Both the position numbers and the translations under genes were made by a program. Of a stretch of DNA of 32,000 bases, positions 1-9,300 are shown one piece after another (the stretch's first letter is position 1; each line of letters opens with the position of its first letter). Where the stretch lies: contig NZ_CP018335.1 of the NCBI RefSeq assembly GCF_001902295.1, positions 1,852,750-1,884,749 of the forward strand, given 5' to 3'. The notes beneath the pieces were generated by a model. The model made no database searches and had not been told where the DNA came from. It saw only the letters and a list, made by a program, of their open reading frames with translations. The stretch comes from Clostridium kluyveri (GTDB taxonomy: Bacteria; Bacillota; Clostridia; Clostridiales; Clostridiaceae).

Positions 1-2
1 TT

Positions 3-2219
3 AAAATAGAAGGAATGACATGTGCATCTTGTGCTAAAGCAGTAGAAAGAGCTGCGAAAAAGCTTGATGGCGTTATAGAATCAAGTGTTAATTTAGCCAC
101 TGAAAAATTAATTATAAGCTATGAGCCCTCAAAGATAAGAGTTATAGATATAAAGAATGCAGTAGAAGAAGCTGGTTATAAGGCAATGGAAGAAGCTGCA
201 GTAGATATGGATAAAGAGAGAAAAGAAAAAGAAATAGAACTCTTATGGAAGAAGTTCATTATATCTGCCATATTCACAGTACCCATACTTTATATGGCAA
301 TGGGTCATATGCTAGGACTTCCACTACCTGATTTTGTTAATCCCATGATGAATCCAGAAGTATTTGCTTTAACACAATTATTCTTAATTATACCTGTTAT
401 AATTGCAGGTAATAGATATTACACAATTGGGTTTAAAACACTATTTAAAGGAAGCCCTAATATGGACTCACTTATTGCAATAGGTACATCCGCAGCAGTT
501 CTTTATGGTGTATTTTCAACAGTTAAGATTATCGGTGGAGATGTAAGTTATACTAAAGACTTATATTTTGAGTCAGCAGCAGTAATTATTACTTTAATAA
601 CTCTTGGTAAATATTTAGAATCTGTTTCTAAGGGAAAGACCTCTGAAGCTATCAAGAAACTTATGGGACTTGCTCCTAAAACAGCCATAGTTATAAGAGA
701 CGAAAAAGAAAGAGAAATTACTATTGAAGAAGTAGAAGTAGGAGATGTAATAGTAGTTAAACCAGGAGAAAAGATACCTGTTGACGGAGAAGTTATTGAA
801 GGTATTACTTCAGTAGATGAATCAATGTTAACAGGTGAAAGTATTCCGGTAGAAAAAAATGCTGGAGATAAAATTATTGGGGCAAGTATAAATAAAAATG
901 GAACTATAAGATATAAAGCTACTAAAGTTGGTAAAGATACAACACTTGCCCAAATTATAAAGTTAGTAGAAGATGCTCAAGGTTCCAAAGCTCCAATTGC
1001 AAAACTTGCAGATGTTATTTCAGGGTACTTTGTCCCTATAGTTATATCTTTAGCAGTTATTTCAGGTTTAGCATGGTACTTCTTTGGTGGAGAATCAGGA
1101 ATATTTTCACTTACAATATTTATATCCGTTTTAGTAATTGCTTGTCCATGTGCCCTAGGTTTAGCTACCCCAACAGCAATTATGGTAGGTACAGGTAAAG
1201 GAGCAGAATACGGTGTTTTAATAAAAAGTGGTGTAGCACTAGAAACTGCCCATAAGATACAAACTATAGTATTTGATAAGACAGGTACTATAACAGAAGG
1301 AAAACCAAAGGTTACTGATATAGTTACTGTAAATGCTATAACTCAAAATGATTTATTACAATTAGCTGCATCATCAGAAAAAGGTTCAGAACATCCCCTT
1401 GGCGAGGCGATTGTCAAAGGCGCAGAAGAAAAAGGACTAGAATTTAAGAAGCTTGATTTCTTTAGAGCTATTCCTGGGCATGGGATTGAAGTCAAGATAG
1501 ATGGTAAAAATATATTACTCGGAAATAAAAAACTCATGGTCGAAAGCAGAATATCATTAACAGGATTAGAAAAGGCTTCAGATAACTTAGCAGAAGAAGG
1601 TAAAACTCCAATGTATATAGCTGTAGGTGAAAAAATAGCAGGAATTATAGCTGTTGCAGATACTGTTAAGGAAAATAGTAAAAAGGCAATAGAAAAGCTT
1701 CATAATATGGGAATTGAAGTAGCAATGATAACTGGAGACAATAAAAGAACTGCCGAAGCTATTGCTAAACAGGTAGGAATAGATAGAATTCTAGCAGAAG
1801 TTTTACCGCAAGACAAAGCGAGTGAAGTAAAGAAACTTCAGGATGAAGGTAAGAAAGTTGCAATGGTTGGTGATGGTATAAATGATGCTCCAGCACTAGC
1901 ACAAGCTGATATTGGTATAGCTATAGGTTCGGGAACAGACGTTGCTATGGAATCAGCAGATATAGTTCTTATGAGAAGCGATTTAATGGATGTTCCCACG
2001 GCTGTGCAATTAAGTAAAAGTACTATAAGAAATATTAAGCAAAATTTATTTTGGGCATTTGCTTATAATACAGTTGGAATACCGGTTGCAATGGGAATCT
2101 TACACATATTTGGAGGCCCACTATTAAATCCTATGATAGCAGGAGCTGCAATGAGCCTTAGTTCTGTATCAGTTTTAGCTAATGCTTTAAGATTAAAAAG
2201 ATTTAAAACAGCTAGATAA
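3..2219 (+). CDS. copA: Copper-translocating P-type ATPase, 5' end truncated by window edge (frame open through [10 protein letters not shown])
   Basis: HMA motif [17 protein letters not shown] transmembrane metal site, DKTGTITEG phosphorylation site, [24 protein letters not shown]; reading frame continues upstream of the ORF-track start at 15. Confidence 0.96.
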   Translation, partial: KIEGMTCASCAKAVERAAKKLDGVIESSVNLATEKLIISYEPSKIRVIDIKNAVEEAGYKAMEEAAVDMDKERKEKEIELLWKKFIISAIFTVPILYMAMGHMLGLPLPDFVNPMMNPEVFALTQLFLIIPVIIAGNRYYTIGFKTLFKGSPNMDSLIAIGTSAAVLYGVFSTVKIIGGDVSYTKDLYFESAAVIITLITLGKYLESVSKGKTSEAIKKLMGLAPKTAIVIRDEKEREITIEEVEVGDVIVVKPGEKIPVDGEVIEGITSVDESMLTGESIPVEKNAGDKIIGASINKNGTIRYKATKVGKDTTLAQIIKLVEDAQGSKAPIAKLADVISGYFVPIVISLAVISGLAWYFFGGESGIFSLTIFISVLVIACPCALGLATPTAIMVGTGKGAEYGVLIKSGVALETAHKIQTIVFDKTGTITEGKPKVTDIVTVNAITQNDLLQLAASSEKGSEHPLGEAIVKGAEEKGLEFKKLDFFRAIPGHGIEVKIDGKNILLGNKKLMVESRISLTGLEKASDNLAEEGKTPMYIAVGEKIAGIIAVADTVKENSKKAIEKLHNMGIEVAMITGDNKRTAEAIAKQVGIDRILAEVLPQDKASEVKKLQDEGKKVAMVGDGINDAPALAQADIGIAIGSGTDVAMESADIVLMRSDLMDVPTAVQLSKSTIRNIKQNLFWAFAYNTVGIPVAMGILHIFGGPLLNPMIAGAAMSLSSVSVLANALRLKRFKTAR

Positions 2220-2259
2220 ATATTTAAATATAATTATATGAAATTAGGAGGAATATAAA

Positions 2260-2475
2260 ATGAAAAAGAAGATATCAATTAAAGGAATGACTTGTAGACA
2301 TTGTGCTATGCATGTTGAGGAGGCACTAAATGAAATATGTGGAGTAAAATCTGCAAAAGCCGACCTTAAAGAAAAAGATGCTGTAGTTGAGCTTGCACAT
2401 AATGTAGATGATGAAAAATTTAAGACAGCTATAGCTGATGCTGGTTATGAAGTAGTCACAATAGAGACAGTATAA
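2260..2475 (+). CDS. copZ: Copper chaperone, heavy-metal-associated domain protein
   Basis: 71 aa with KGMTCRHCAMHVEEAL; immediately downstream of copA with RBS-like aggagg. Confidence 0.93.
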   Translation: MKKKISIKGMTCRHCAMHVEEALNEICGVKSAKADLKEKDAVVELAHNVDDEKFKTAIADAGYEVVTIETV

Positions 2476-2603
2476 AGATTTAAAGACAGTAGGTAGATTT
2501 TTGAATGAATTCAATAGCTACTTAGAATCACAGGTAAGACAACTAAAATAAGGAGTGATAGCATATTAATAGTGTATTTTGTTTTTAGGAATTAATAGTG
2601 CTA

Positions 2604-2674
2604 ATTTAGATTAAAGCTGTTGGTAAGAATTTCAACAACAGCCTTTTCATTTTTTGTATGTTATAGCATTTGGA
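2604..2674 (+). repeat. Dispersed intergenic repeat containing a GCTGTTG...CAACAGC hairpin followed by T-rich tract (terminator-like), copy 1
   Basis: Near-identical to 8005..8074 (ctgt[tc]gg[tc]aagaatttcaacaacagc[ca]ttttcattttttgtat). Confidence 0.7.
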
Positions 2675-2691
2675 ATTTTGTAGGTTTATTC

Positions 2692-2733
2692 TAGGCTTTG
2701 TTCCAAGGGTTCTAATAACCCTCAATGAGCCTA
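2692..2733 (+). other. Compact two-tier hairpin in leader region of response regulator gene
   Basis: TAGGCT(2692..2697)/AGCCTA(2728..2733) enclosing AGGGTT/AACCCT. Confidence 0.5.
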
Positions 2734-2855
2734 TAAGCAATTGATTTGCTGGAGACTTAGAAACAATAAATGTTGATATGTGGTAATTTTCATAAAACTT
2801 TTACAATATAGTGATATAATAAAAATTTAAATTTTTATTTAGAGAAGGTGATATA

Positions 2856-3527
2856 GTGGATAAAAGACATATTTTAGTAGTTGATGATGAAAAAGCGCTG
2901 CGAAGTTTAATGCGAGATTACCTTATAAAAGCAAATTACAGCGTCTCAGAAGCTGCAAATGGAGAAGATGCTGTAGAAGTATTTTTCAATCAAAAAATTG
3001 ATTTAATCATACTTGATATAATGATGCCTAGAATGAATGGTTATGAGGTGTTGACAGAGATTAGAAAACACACAGATGTTCCTGTAATTATGCTTACCGC
3101 AAAAGATGATGAGGAAAGTGAAATATTAGGTTTTAATCTCAAAGCCGATGATTATGTAACTAAGCCGTTTTCGGCAAAGGCTCTTATGGCAAGAATAGAA
3201 GCGGTTTTCAGGCGTTATTTAAAAGAAGGGGAGCATGAAAGAATAGGAGTTCTAGAATATCATAAGAGCAAGTATGATATCATATTGGATAATAAGCCAT
3301 TGAACCTGACTAAAAGGGAGTTTGAATTGTTTACATATTTATTTATAAACAAAGGGATTGTTTTAACCAGAGAAAAAATTTTAAATAATGTCTGGGGATT
3401 TAATTATGAGGGAGACATTCGAACAGTGGATGTATATATAAAAGAACTTAGAAAAAAGCTGACTAATAAAGCTGATTATATAAAGACCATAAGAGGGGTA
3501 GGGTATGAATTTGAGGTGAAACAATGA
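2856..3527 (+). CDS. OmpR/PhoB-family response regulator
   Basis: Receiver motifs (VVDDEKALR, LDIMMPRMNGYEV, KPFSAKAL) and winged-helix C-terminus (LTKREFELFTYL, VWGFNYEGDIRTVDVYIKELRKKL). Confidence 0.95.
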   Translation: MDKRHILVVDDEKALRSLMRDYLIKANYSVSEAANGEDAVEVFFNQKIDLIILDIMMPRMNGYEVLTEIRKHTDVPVIMLTAKDDEESEILGFNLKADDYVTKPFSAKALMARIEAVFRRYLKEGEHERIGVLEYHKSKYDIILDNKPLNLTKREFELFTYLFINKGIVLTREKILNNVWGFNYEGDIRTVDVYIKELRKKLTNKADYIKTIRGVGYEFEVKQ

Positions 3528-4951
3528 AACGATCTATTAAGATGAATATGTTTTTCGTTCTCAGTGGTCTCATTTTGGTAATGGTGCTTTTGTACTATAT
3601 AACTAATGCAGTATTTCTTGAAAAATATTATACGTATAAAAAGATAAGTTTTATGACAAGCAATTATGAGCATCTGCACCAGCTATACAGTAATAACAAC
3701 AATGCTTTTGAGGAAGAATTAAATACTCTTATCTACGATCATAATATAAATATTTTTGTATATCCTCAGGAAGATATGACATCTGGAATATTCCCAAGGA
3801 TTCTTACACTTCTGAACAGCAAAGCATTGATACAAAGAAGTAGTATATTAAAAAAGACTGAAGATTATACCATTAGAAAAATATCCCTTAAGAAAATGTC
3901 TTCTGAAATTATTTTATTTGCTGGAAACTTAAAAGGCAATGAGAAATTAATAATGTATCTCCCAGTAGCATCAATTAGCAGCAGTGCGGAAATCTTTAAT
4001 GAATTTTTGTTATATGTAGCACTAGCTGCATTAATAATAGGTATAGTAATTTCAATTATTATGGCAGAAAAGTTAACCAAGCCAATAACTGAAATTTCTA
4101 GAATGTCTGAGAACATGAAATTACTAGATTTCACCGGCAGGTATAAGGGAAATAGAAAAGATGAAATACAGGATTTGGGAGAAAATATGAATGTACTTTC
4201 CAAAATATTAGACAATACCATAACAGAGCTTAAAAATAAAAACAATAAGCTGGCACTTGATATTCATCAAAAAGATAGGATTGAAAAAATGCGTAAGAAG
4301 TTTTTACAAAATGCCTCACATCAGTTGAAGACGCCTATTACCATTGTAAAGGGCTATGCGGAGGGCCTTATGGATAATGTAGCGGATGATGAGGAAAGCA
4401 GAATAAATTATGCATCCACAATATATAAAGAAGCGGAAAACATGGAGGAATTAGTCATGAAAATCCTATCCCTTGCCCGTCTTGAAACAGATGACTATAA
4501 CCTAAAATTAGAGCGTTTTGACATAAATAAACTTATTGATGAGGTCATTGAAAGGTATGCTCCACTATTTGAACAACGTCAGATAATACCTAAATTTATT
4601 CATTATGATAAAGTTTTTGCTTATGCTGATAGAAATTTGATTTCCGATGTTGTATCTAACTATTTAACCAATGCTATTCATCATGTAGATGAAAATAAGG
4701 AAATAAATATTTCTGTGAGTATATGTAAAAGTTACACACGAATTGAGGTCTATAATTCTGGCAAAAATATTCCCCTAGAGGAAATAGAAAATATTTGGCA
4801 GAGTTTTTATAAACTTGAACATAAAGATGGATATAAAGGAAGTGGTCTAGGTCTTTCTATTGTTTCTGCAATAATGGAATTGCACAATTGTGAATATGGA
4901 GTTGTAAATCAAAATAGAGGAGTTGTATTCTGGTTTCAATTGGGAAGTTAA
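3524..4951 (+). CDS. Membrane sensor histidine kinase
   Basis: HAMP region, NASHQLKTPITIVKGYAEG H-box, N box (DVVSNYLTNAIHHV), GSGLGLSIV; overlaps the response regulator stop by 4 nt. Confidence 0.95.
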   Translation: MKRSIKMNMFFVLSGLILVMVLLYYITNAVFLEKYYTYKKISFMTSNYEHLHQLYSNNNNAFEEELNTLIYDHNINIFVYPQEDMTSGIFPRILTLLNSKALIQRSSILKKTEDYTIRKISLKKMSSEIILFAGNLKGNEKLIMYLPVASISSSAEIFNEFLLYVALAALIIGIVISIIMAEKLTKPITEISRMSENMKLLDFTGRYKGNRKDEIQDLGENMNVLSKILDNTITELKNKNNKLALDIHQKDRIEKMRKKFLQNASHQLKTPITIVKGYAEGLMDNVADDEESRINYASTIYKEAENMEELVMKILSLARLETDDYNLKLERFDINKLIDEVIERYAPLFEQRQIIPKFIHYDKVFAYADRNLISDVVSNYLTNAIHHVDENKEINISVSICKSYTRIEVYNSGKNIPLEEIENIWQSFYKLEHKDGYKGSGLGLSIVSAIMELHNCEYGVVNQNRGVVFWFQLGS

Positions 4952-5087
4952 TTTTTATAAAAATAATATAAAATACGGTATTACTTTCATAAAAGTTTCA
5001 TACTGCTGTCCTATACTGAAATTGTAAAATTAAAAAAAGATTTTACAAAAATAAAAAACGTGCCAGAAGCACAAGGAGGTTTTAAAT

Positions 5088-5552
5088 ATGAAGAAGGCAA
5101 AATTTTTATCAGGGGTATTAGCAAGTGCACTGATTTTAAGCAGTACAGCAGTATTTGCGGCTGACAATCAAAAACAATCACAAGGTGATGGGATAACTGC
5201 AGCGCAGCAGGCGAGCAGTTCATCTTTACAGCTTACTGAAAAATTGAATACAAGAATTGAGGAAGCAGTGTCATCAGGTAAGATCACGCAGGAGCAGGCG
5301 GATAAAATAAAAGAAAGACTGAGTAGTTCCCAAACAAAATCTAAGCTTCAGGCTTCTTTTAATGGAGACATGGGAAAATTAACAGAAAGACTGGATACTG
5401 CAGTGAAGGAGGGCAAAATAACACAAGAACAAGTAGATAAAATACTAGCAAAGCTTAATCAGAGAAAAGCAGATGTGAAAAGTAAAATTGATGCAGCTGT
5501 AAAATCAGGAAAAATAACACAGGAACAAGCGAACAACTTTCTTAATAACTAA
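5088..5552 (+). CDS. Secreted helical repeat protein
   Basis: Signal peptide (MKKAKFLSGVLASALILSSTAVFAA) followed by three GKITQEQADKI-type repeats; RBS aaggagg. Confidence 0.8.
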   Translation: MKKAKFLSGVLASALILSSTAVFAADNQKQSQGDGITAAQQASSSSLQLTEKLNTRIEEAVSSGKITQEQADKIKERLSSSQTKSKLQASFNGDMGKLTERLDTAVKEGKITQEQVDKILAKLNQRKADVKSKIDAAVKSGKITQEQANNFLNN

Positions 5553-5676
5553 TGAAGTAGCAACTTTAAAATCCTAATTTACTATTACAAGCATAAAAAG
5601 CACCTAATTTCTTATTTGAGGTGACCCCTTAAAGTTAGACTTTATTGCGTATCAGTTTTTACTGGTACGCAATTTG

Positions 5677-6477
5677 TTATGCAATATTAAGCCAGATCCT
5701 GTATTCTACAGGACTCATCCAGTTTAATGATTGCTTAATTCTTCGTTCATTATAATATCGTATATATTCTTCAATAGCAGATTTCAACTCATCGTAATTA
5801 TAATAAACAACACCATAATACATTTCTTGTTTCATAATCCCAAAGAAGTTTTCCATTACTGAATTGTCATGGCAATTCCCTTTACGTGACATACTTTGAT
5901 ATATTCTGTTTGCTTCTAAAGCGTGTGCATATGCCTTCATCTGATAAGCCCAACCTTGGTCAGAATGAAAGGTTCTGCGATACTTGCAGTCAACAGTTAT
6001 TTCTATGGCTTTATTTAAAGCATTCATTATATTTACTGCGGAAGGATTCTGTGAAATTCCATAACTTATGATCTCTCGATTATACAAGTCCATAAATGGG
6101 TCAAGATAAAGTTTCTTTATTGCCATTCTTCCTTTTTCATCAACCTCATAATACTTAAATTCAGAAGTATCTGTAGTGATCTTTTGATGTGGAATACTCG
6201 TGCCAAATCGACGACGAAGCCTGTTTGGTGTGACCTTACCCACCTTACCTTTATATGAGCTATATTTTCTGCTCTTTCGGGTAAATGAAGTTACCTGAAT
6301 TCCCAATTTCTGAACAATCCGTTGTACTTTCTTGTGATTCACAGCTATCCCTTGTTTCTGCAATTTACCATAAATTCGTCTATATCCAAAATCTTTATGT
6401 TCTTTACGAATCTGAAGAATTAACTGTTCTAGTTCCTCATCTGGATTTTTACGATTAAATCTTTGTTGCCAGTACAT
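5677..6477 (-). CDS. IS3-family transposase orfB (integrase core); open frame extends upstream (to about 6595) for -1 fusion with orfA
   Basis: DDE core: TTDTSEFKY, FHSDQGWAYQ, NGSVMENFFGIMKQE-like (CHDNSVMENFFGIMKQEMYY); frame upstream of the Met reads SEQKARIIHSLRGEFKLKDILAITCYPKATYMYW. Confidence 0.93.
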   Translation of the reverse strand: MYWQQRFNRKNPDEELEQLILQIRKEHKDFGYRRIYGKLQKQGIAVNHKKVQRIVQKLGIQVTSFTRKSRKYSSYKGKVGKVTPNRLRRRFGTSIPHQKITTDTSEFKYYEVDEKGRMAIKKLYLDPFMDLYNREIISYGISQNPSAVNIMNALNKAIEITVDCKYRRTFHSDQGWAYQMKAYAHALEANRIYQSMSRKGNCHDNSVMENFFGIMKQEMYYGVVYYNYDELKSAIEEYIRYYNERRIKQSLNWMSPVEYRIWLNIA

Positions 6478-6518
6478 ATATGTGGCTTTCGGATAACATG
6501 TAATTGCGAGAATATCTT

Positions 6519-7085
6519 TTAATTTGAATTCTCCTCGGAGGCTGTGGATGATTCTCGCTTTTTGTTCTGAGGTATTCCCTCTAAACGCAGCCTCCTCAGT
6601 TCTTTTAAATAGGCATTCTCGATTCGTAGTTTAAGATTTTCTTCTTCAAGTTGTTTAAGGTATTCTGCATCTGTATTTATTTTTCTACTCTTATCAGAAC
6701 TAATATCTTTCGGTTGTACCACTTGTGGTCGCCGCCCTTTCATTTTGGGTTTCAAGGCATCAGGACCAGCTATTCTGTAATCATTTACCCACTTGCTTAT
6801 TAATGCTGGATTATTTATTCCAACTTGTAGGGCTAATCCCTGATATGAAACTTCAGTTGTTAAGTATGATTCTACAACATGGAGCTTAAAATCTAAAGAG
6901 TAAGTTTGATTTTCTCGTTTTCTTATTAATCCATCAGACCCAAACGCATTGTATGCTGCAATCCATTTTCGTAAATCTTTTGTAGAAGGAATATTATATT
7001 TTTTTGATAGAAAAGAAACGCCTCCTGCACCTTCTAGATATTCTTGCACAACTTTCATCTTAAATTCATAACTATATTTTGCCAT
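6519..7085 (-). CDS. IS3-family transposase orfA (helix-turn-helix)
   Basis: HTH-type repeats (KYSYEFKMKVVQEYLEGAGGVSFLSKKYNI...), leucine-zipper-like LKQLEEENLKLRIENAYLK. Confidence 0.92.
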   Translation of the reverse strand: MAKYSYEFKMKVVQEYLEGAGGVSFLSKKYNIPSTKDLRKWIAAYNAFGSDGLIRKRENQTYSLDFKLHVVESYLTTEVSYQGLALQVGINNPALISKWVNDYRIAGPDALKPKMKGRRPQVVQPKDISSDKSRKINTDAEYLKQLEEENLKLRIENAYLKELRRLRLEGIPQNKKRESSTASEENSN

Positions 7086-7439
7086 ATAAAAACCGACCTC
7101 CCATCAGCTAGCGTTTATGTCTAACTTCTGGGGGTCGGTTCATATTCCACATTAGGTGCTTATCTGTTTTTTTGTACGTTTTTGTATTTCTTTAAAAATA
7201 TCCCTTAGATAGTTTTTTATCTTTATGAATATAGACAATTTTGCTTTTTACACATTCATATTTATCTCAGGTTTTTTTCAACTTTTGATTTAACCCACTT
7301 TATGCTCACAGTTAAGAGGTCTAATAAATAAATTTTAAGGTGAGTTAATAAATCTTCATTTTATCTACATAACTCTGCTATATACTATACACGAATAATA
7401 AAAATTAAAAAATTTGACATGTTTTAATATTGAAAAGAG

Positions 7440-7691
7440 GTGTTTAGTTTGGAATTCTTAGCAAATAACTGGTTCTACTTTTTAATATTTGGAGTAATGA
7501 TATACATGATGTCCAAAGGAGGCGGATGCTGCGGAGGCGGGCATACAAATCATAATGGATACGGAGATTCTCATGAAGGTGGGTGCTGCGGAGGTGGGCA
7601 TATGAATCATAAAAATATGAAGAAAGATTATGAAGAACACAGTGCAGAATATATTGAGAATTCAGTAGATATGGCACGAGATCCTGTGTAA
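7440..7691 (+). CDS. Small membrane-anchored Cys/Gly/His-rich protein (CCGGGH x2), possibly truncated
   Basis: One N-terminal TM helix, two GG(C)CCGGGH motifs; ends ...DMARDPV* where metal/YHS-type proteins often read DPVCGM. Confidence 0.65.
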   Translation: MFSLEFLANNWFYFLIFGVMIYMMSKGGGCCGGGHTNHNGYGDSHEGGCCGGGHMNHKNMKKDYEEHSAEYIENSVDMARDPV

Positions 7692-7757
7692 GGCATTTTA
7701 TTTGTAAAAATAGATAAGTATATAGATTGAACAAGAATTTTAGGAGGAGAGATTAAT

Positions 7758-7994
7758 ATGATGCACGGATATTGGGGATGGGGAATGATGTCTATGATGA
7801 TTGTATGTTTTTTACTTATAATCGCTATAGTAGTATTTTTCATGAGATCATTTAATGGTAGAAGCGATTACCGACGTGATAAGGAACCAATTGAAATATT
7901 GAACGAAAAATTAGCATCCGGTGAAATAGGTGAAGAAGAATATAAAAGAAAAAAGCAAATATTAACTGAAAAATATGACATTTCTAAGAATTAA
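7758..7994 (+). CDS. Small membrane protein with C-terminal SHOCT-like domain
   Basis: TM helix plus EPIEILNEKLASGEIGEEEYKRKKQIL. Confidence 0.8.
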   Translation: MMHGYWGWGMMSMMIVCFLLIIAIVVFFMRSFNGRSDYRRDKEPIEILNEKLASGEIGEEEYKRKKQILTEKYDISKN

Positions 7995-8004
7995 TTGTAT
8001 CAAT

Positions 8005-8074
8005 CTAGGTTAAGGCTGTCGGCAAGAATTTCAACAACAGCATTTTCATTTTTTGTATATTAGAGCATTTGAAA
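8005..8074 (+). repeat. Dispersed intergenic terminator-like repeat, copy 2
   Basis: Near-identical to 2604..2674. Confidence 0.7.
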
Positions 8075-8227
8075 TATCATATATATAATGTTAATAAATT
8101 AAAAATATTATATAAAATATATATTTATTAATTAAATCCATTCGATAATTTAGTTGATATACACTTCAAACAAAGGTTTTTAAGCTGGCTTCTTAAGAAC
8201 AAGGAAAGAAACCTAATAAAAAATGAA

Positions 8228-8854
8228 GTGATTTTTTGGAGGGTGATTATGACAGGAAAGACACATGCAGCGGTGGGACTTTGCGGAGCGGCGTTTTTAT
8301 TAGTTCCTAAAACAAGTATAGAAACTTCTATTATAGGTTTGGGTTTTGTGGTATTGGGATCATATGCCACAGATGCAGATTTGAAAATGTCTAAAGCAGG
8401 CCATGTTATAAGTGATATTATACATATGGCTATTTTGTTGTTAGGATTATATTTGGCGGATACATATCTGTTTCATTACAATGTTATAAATTTAATAAGT
8501 AAAAATATGCCCGGGCCGCTGAAAATAATAGGTATTATATTTATAATTGGCTCAATAGTTTTGGGAAGAATAACAGGTCATAGAAAATATATGCACAGCT
8601 TATTAGGCTTTATGACCATGACTATGGGAGTATGGCTCATTGCAGGGGAGTTTGCCGTTTGGTTTGCACTTGGATATGCACTGCATATGTTATTTGATTT
8701 ATTAAATGAAAAGCCAGAATATCTATTATTTCCATTACCTGTGGGAGGTTTCTGCTTTTCACTGGTCAGTTCTAGAGGTGCGGCAAATACTATGATATCT
8801 ATTATTAGTTATACTGCTTTTTTGTTTAAAATAGCATACATATGTATAACTTAA
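8228..8854 (+). CDS. YdjM-like membrane-bound metal-dependent hydrolase family protein
   Basis: N-terminal MTGKTHAAVGLCGAAF; RKYMHSLLGF; GYALHMLFDLLNEKPEYLLFP. Confidence 0.8.
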   Translation: MIFWRVIMTGKTHAAVGLCGAAFLLVPKTSIETSIIGLGFVVLGSYATDADLKMSKAGHVISDIIHMAILLLGLYLADTYLFHYNVINLISKNMPGPLKIIGIIFIIGSIVLGRITGHRKYMHSLLGFMTMTMGVWLIAGEFAVWFALGYALHMLFDLLNEKPEYLLFPLPVGGFCFSLVSSRGAANTMISIISYTAFLFKIAYICIT

Positions 8855-8884
8855 AACATTTTTATAAGCATTTTTAAACAGAAC

Positions 8885-8912
8885 AGGCAGCTTACCTTGT
8901 GGGTCAGCTGTC
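8885..8912 (+). terminator. Probable Rho-independent terminator after YdjM-like gene
   Basis: CAGCTtACCttgtgGGTcAGCTG hairpin followed by T-rich sequence. Confidence 0.55.
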
Positions 8913-8961
8913 TATTTTGTGTTTGTTTTTTGAAAGACAAAAGATTAGTATTTTGTTATTA

Positions 8962-9042
8962 AGTGATTCAGAGGTTCAGGTGGAGTTTGCTATAGAGAAA
9001 TGCTTATTTCTACCTTTGAAAAAATGAAGTATTAGTAATTCT
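8962..9042 (+). repeat. Dispersed intergenic repeat (ggttcaggtggagtttg... type), copy 1
   Basis: Aligns with 31363..31442 over ~80 bp. Confidence 0.65.
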
Positions 9043-9066
9043 GGCCTTCGGATTAGAGTGAAATTA

Positions 9067-9102
9067 TATCACTATATAACAAAATCATATCACTATATAA
9101 CG
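9067..9102. repeat. Two direct copies of ATATCACTATATAAC at 21-bp spacing
   Basis: 9067..9081 and 9088..9102 identical. Confidence 0.7.
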
Positions 9103-9113
9103 CATAATTGTCT

Positions 9114-9250
9114 TTAAAATATAGTTGAAGTTTTGATAATATAAGGCATTATAGCAATATCTAATTTTAAAGTTATATACACAGGGGCATATTGTTCTTG
9201 TACTTGTTATCCCATAAAATATGGATAGATAATAATTTTCATTTAATAAT
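9114..9250 (+). promoter_or_regulatory. Upstream region of the CWB2 gene homologous to the upstream region of the MATE gene
   Basis: CCATAAAATATGgATAGATAATAATTTTCAT (9212..9242) matches 29804..29834 with one mismatch; weaker similarity over ~135 bp. Confidence 0.55.
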
Positions 9251-9300
9251 TTTTTGAAAAAATTATTTTGCACTAACAATATAATTTAGGGGGGAGCTAC

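Larger units (their letters stand above)
5617..7142 (-). mobile_element. IS3-family (IS150-like) insertion sequence, ~1526 bp
   Basis: Imperfect 24-bp terminal IRs TGAGGTGACCCCTTAAAGTTAGAC (5617..5640) / TGAACCGACCCCCAGAAGTTAGAC (complement of 7119..7142); flanking 4-bp direct repeat TATT (5613..5616, 7143..7146); orfA/orfB organisation. Confidence 0.93.
5599..7160 (+). terminator. Rho-independent terminator of the 5088..5552 gene, interrupted in its loop by the IS3 element
   Basis: AGCACCTAAT at 5599..5608 and its exact reverse complement ATTAGGTGCT at 7151..7160, followed by tatctgttttttt; the IS lies between them. Confidence 0.75.

Noticed and set aside
1343-4245. Antisense/short ORFs at 1343..1537, 2326..2514, 3476..3679, 3865..4245
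   Set aside because: Lie opposite strongly supported genes with conserved domains, low-complexity translations; 5011..5223, 5886..6071 and 7444..7843 minus/plus short ORFs rejected for the same reason.
7200-7400. CRISPR array, phage-defence island or tRNA/rRNA genes anywhere in the window
   Set aside because: No regularly spaced repeats with spacers, no Cas-like or defence-type ORFs, and no cloverleaf or rRNA sequence recognised on either strand.
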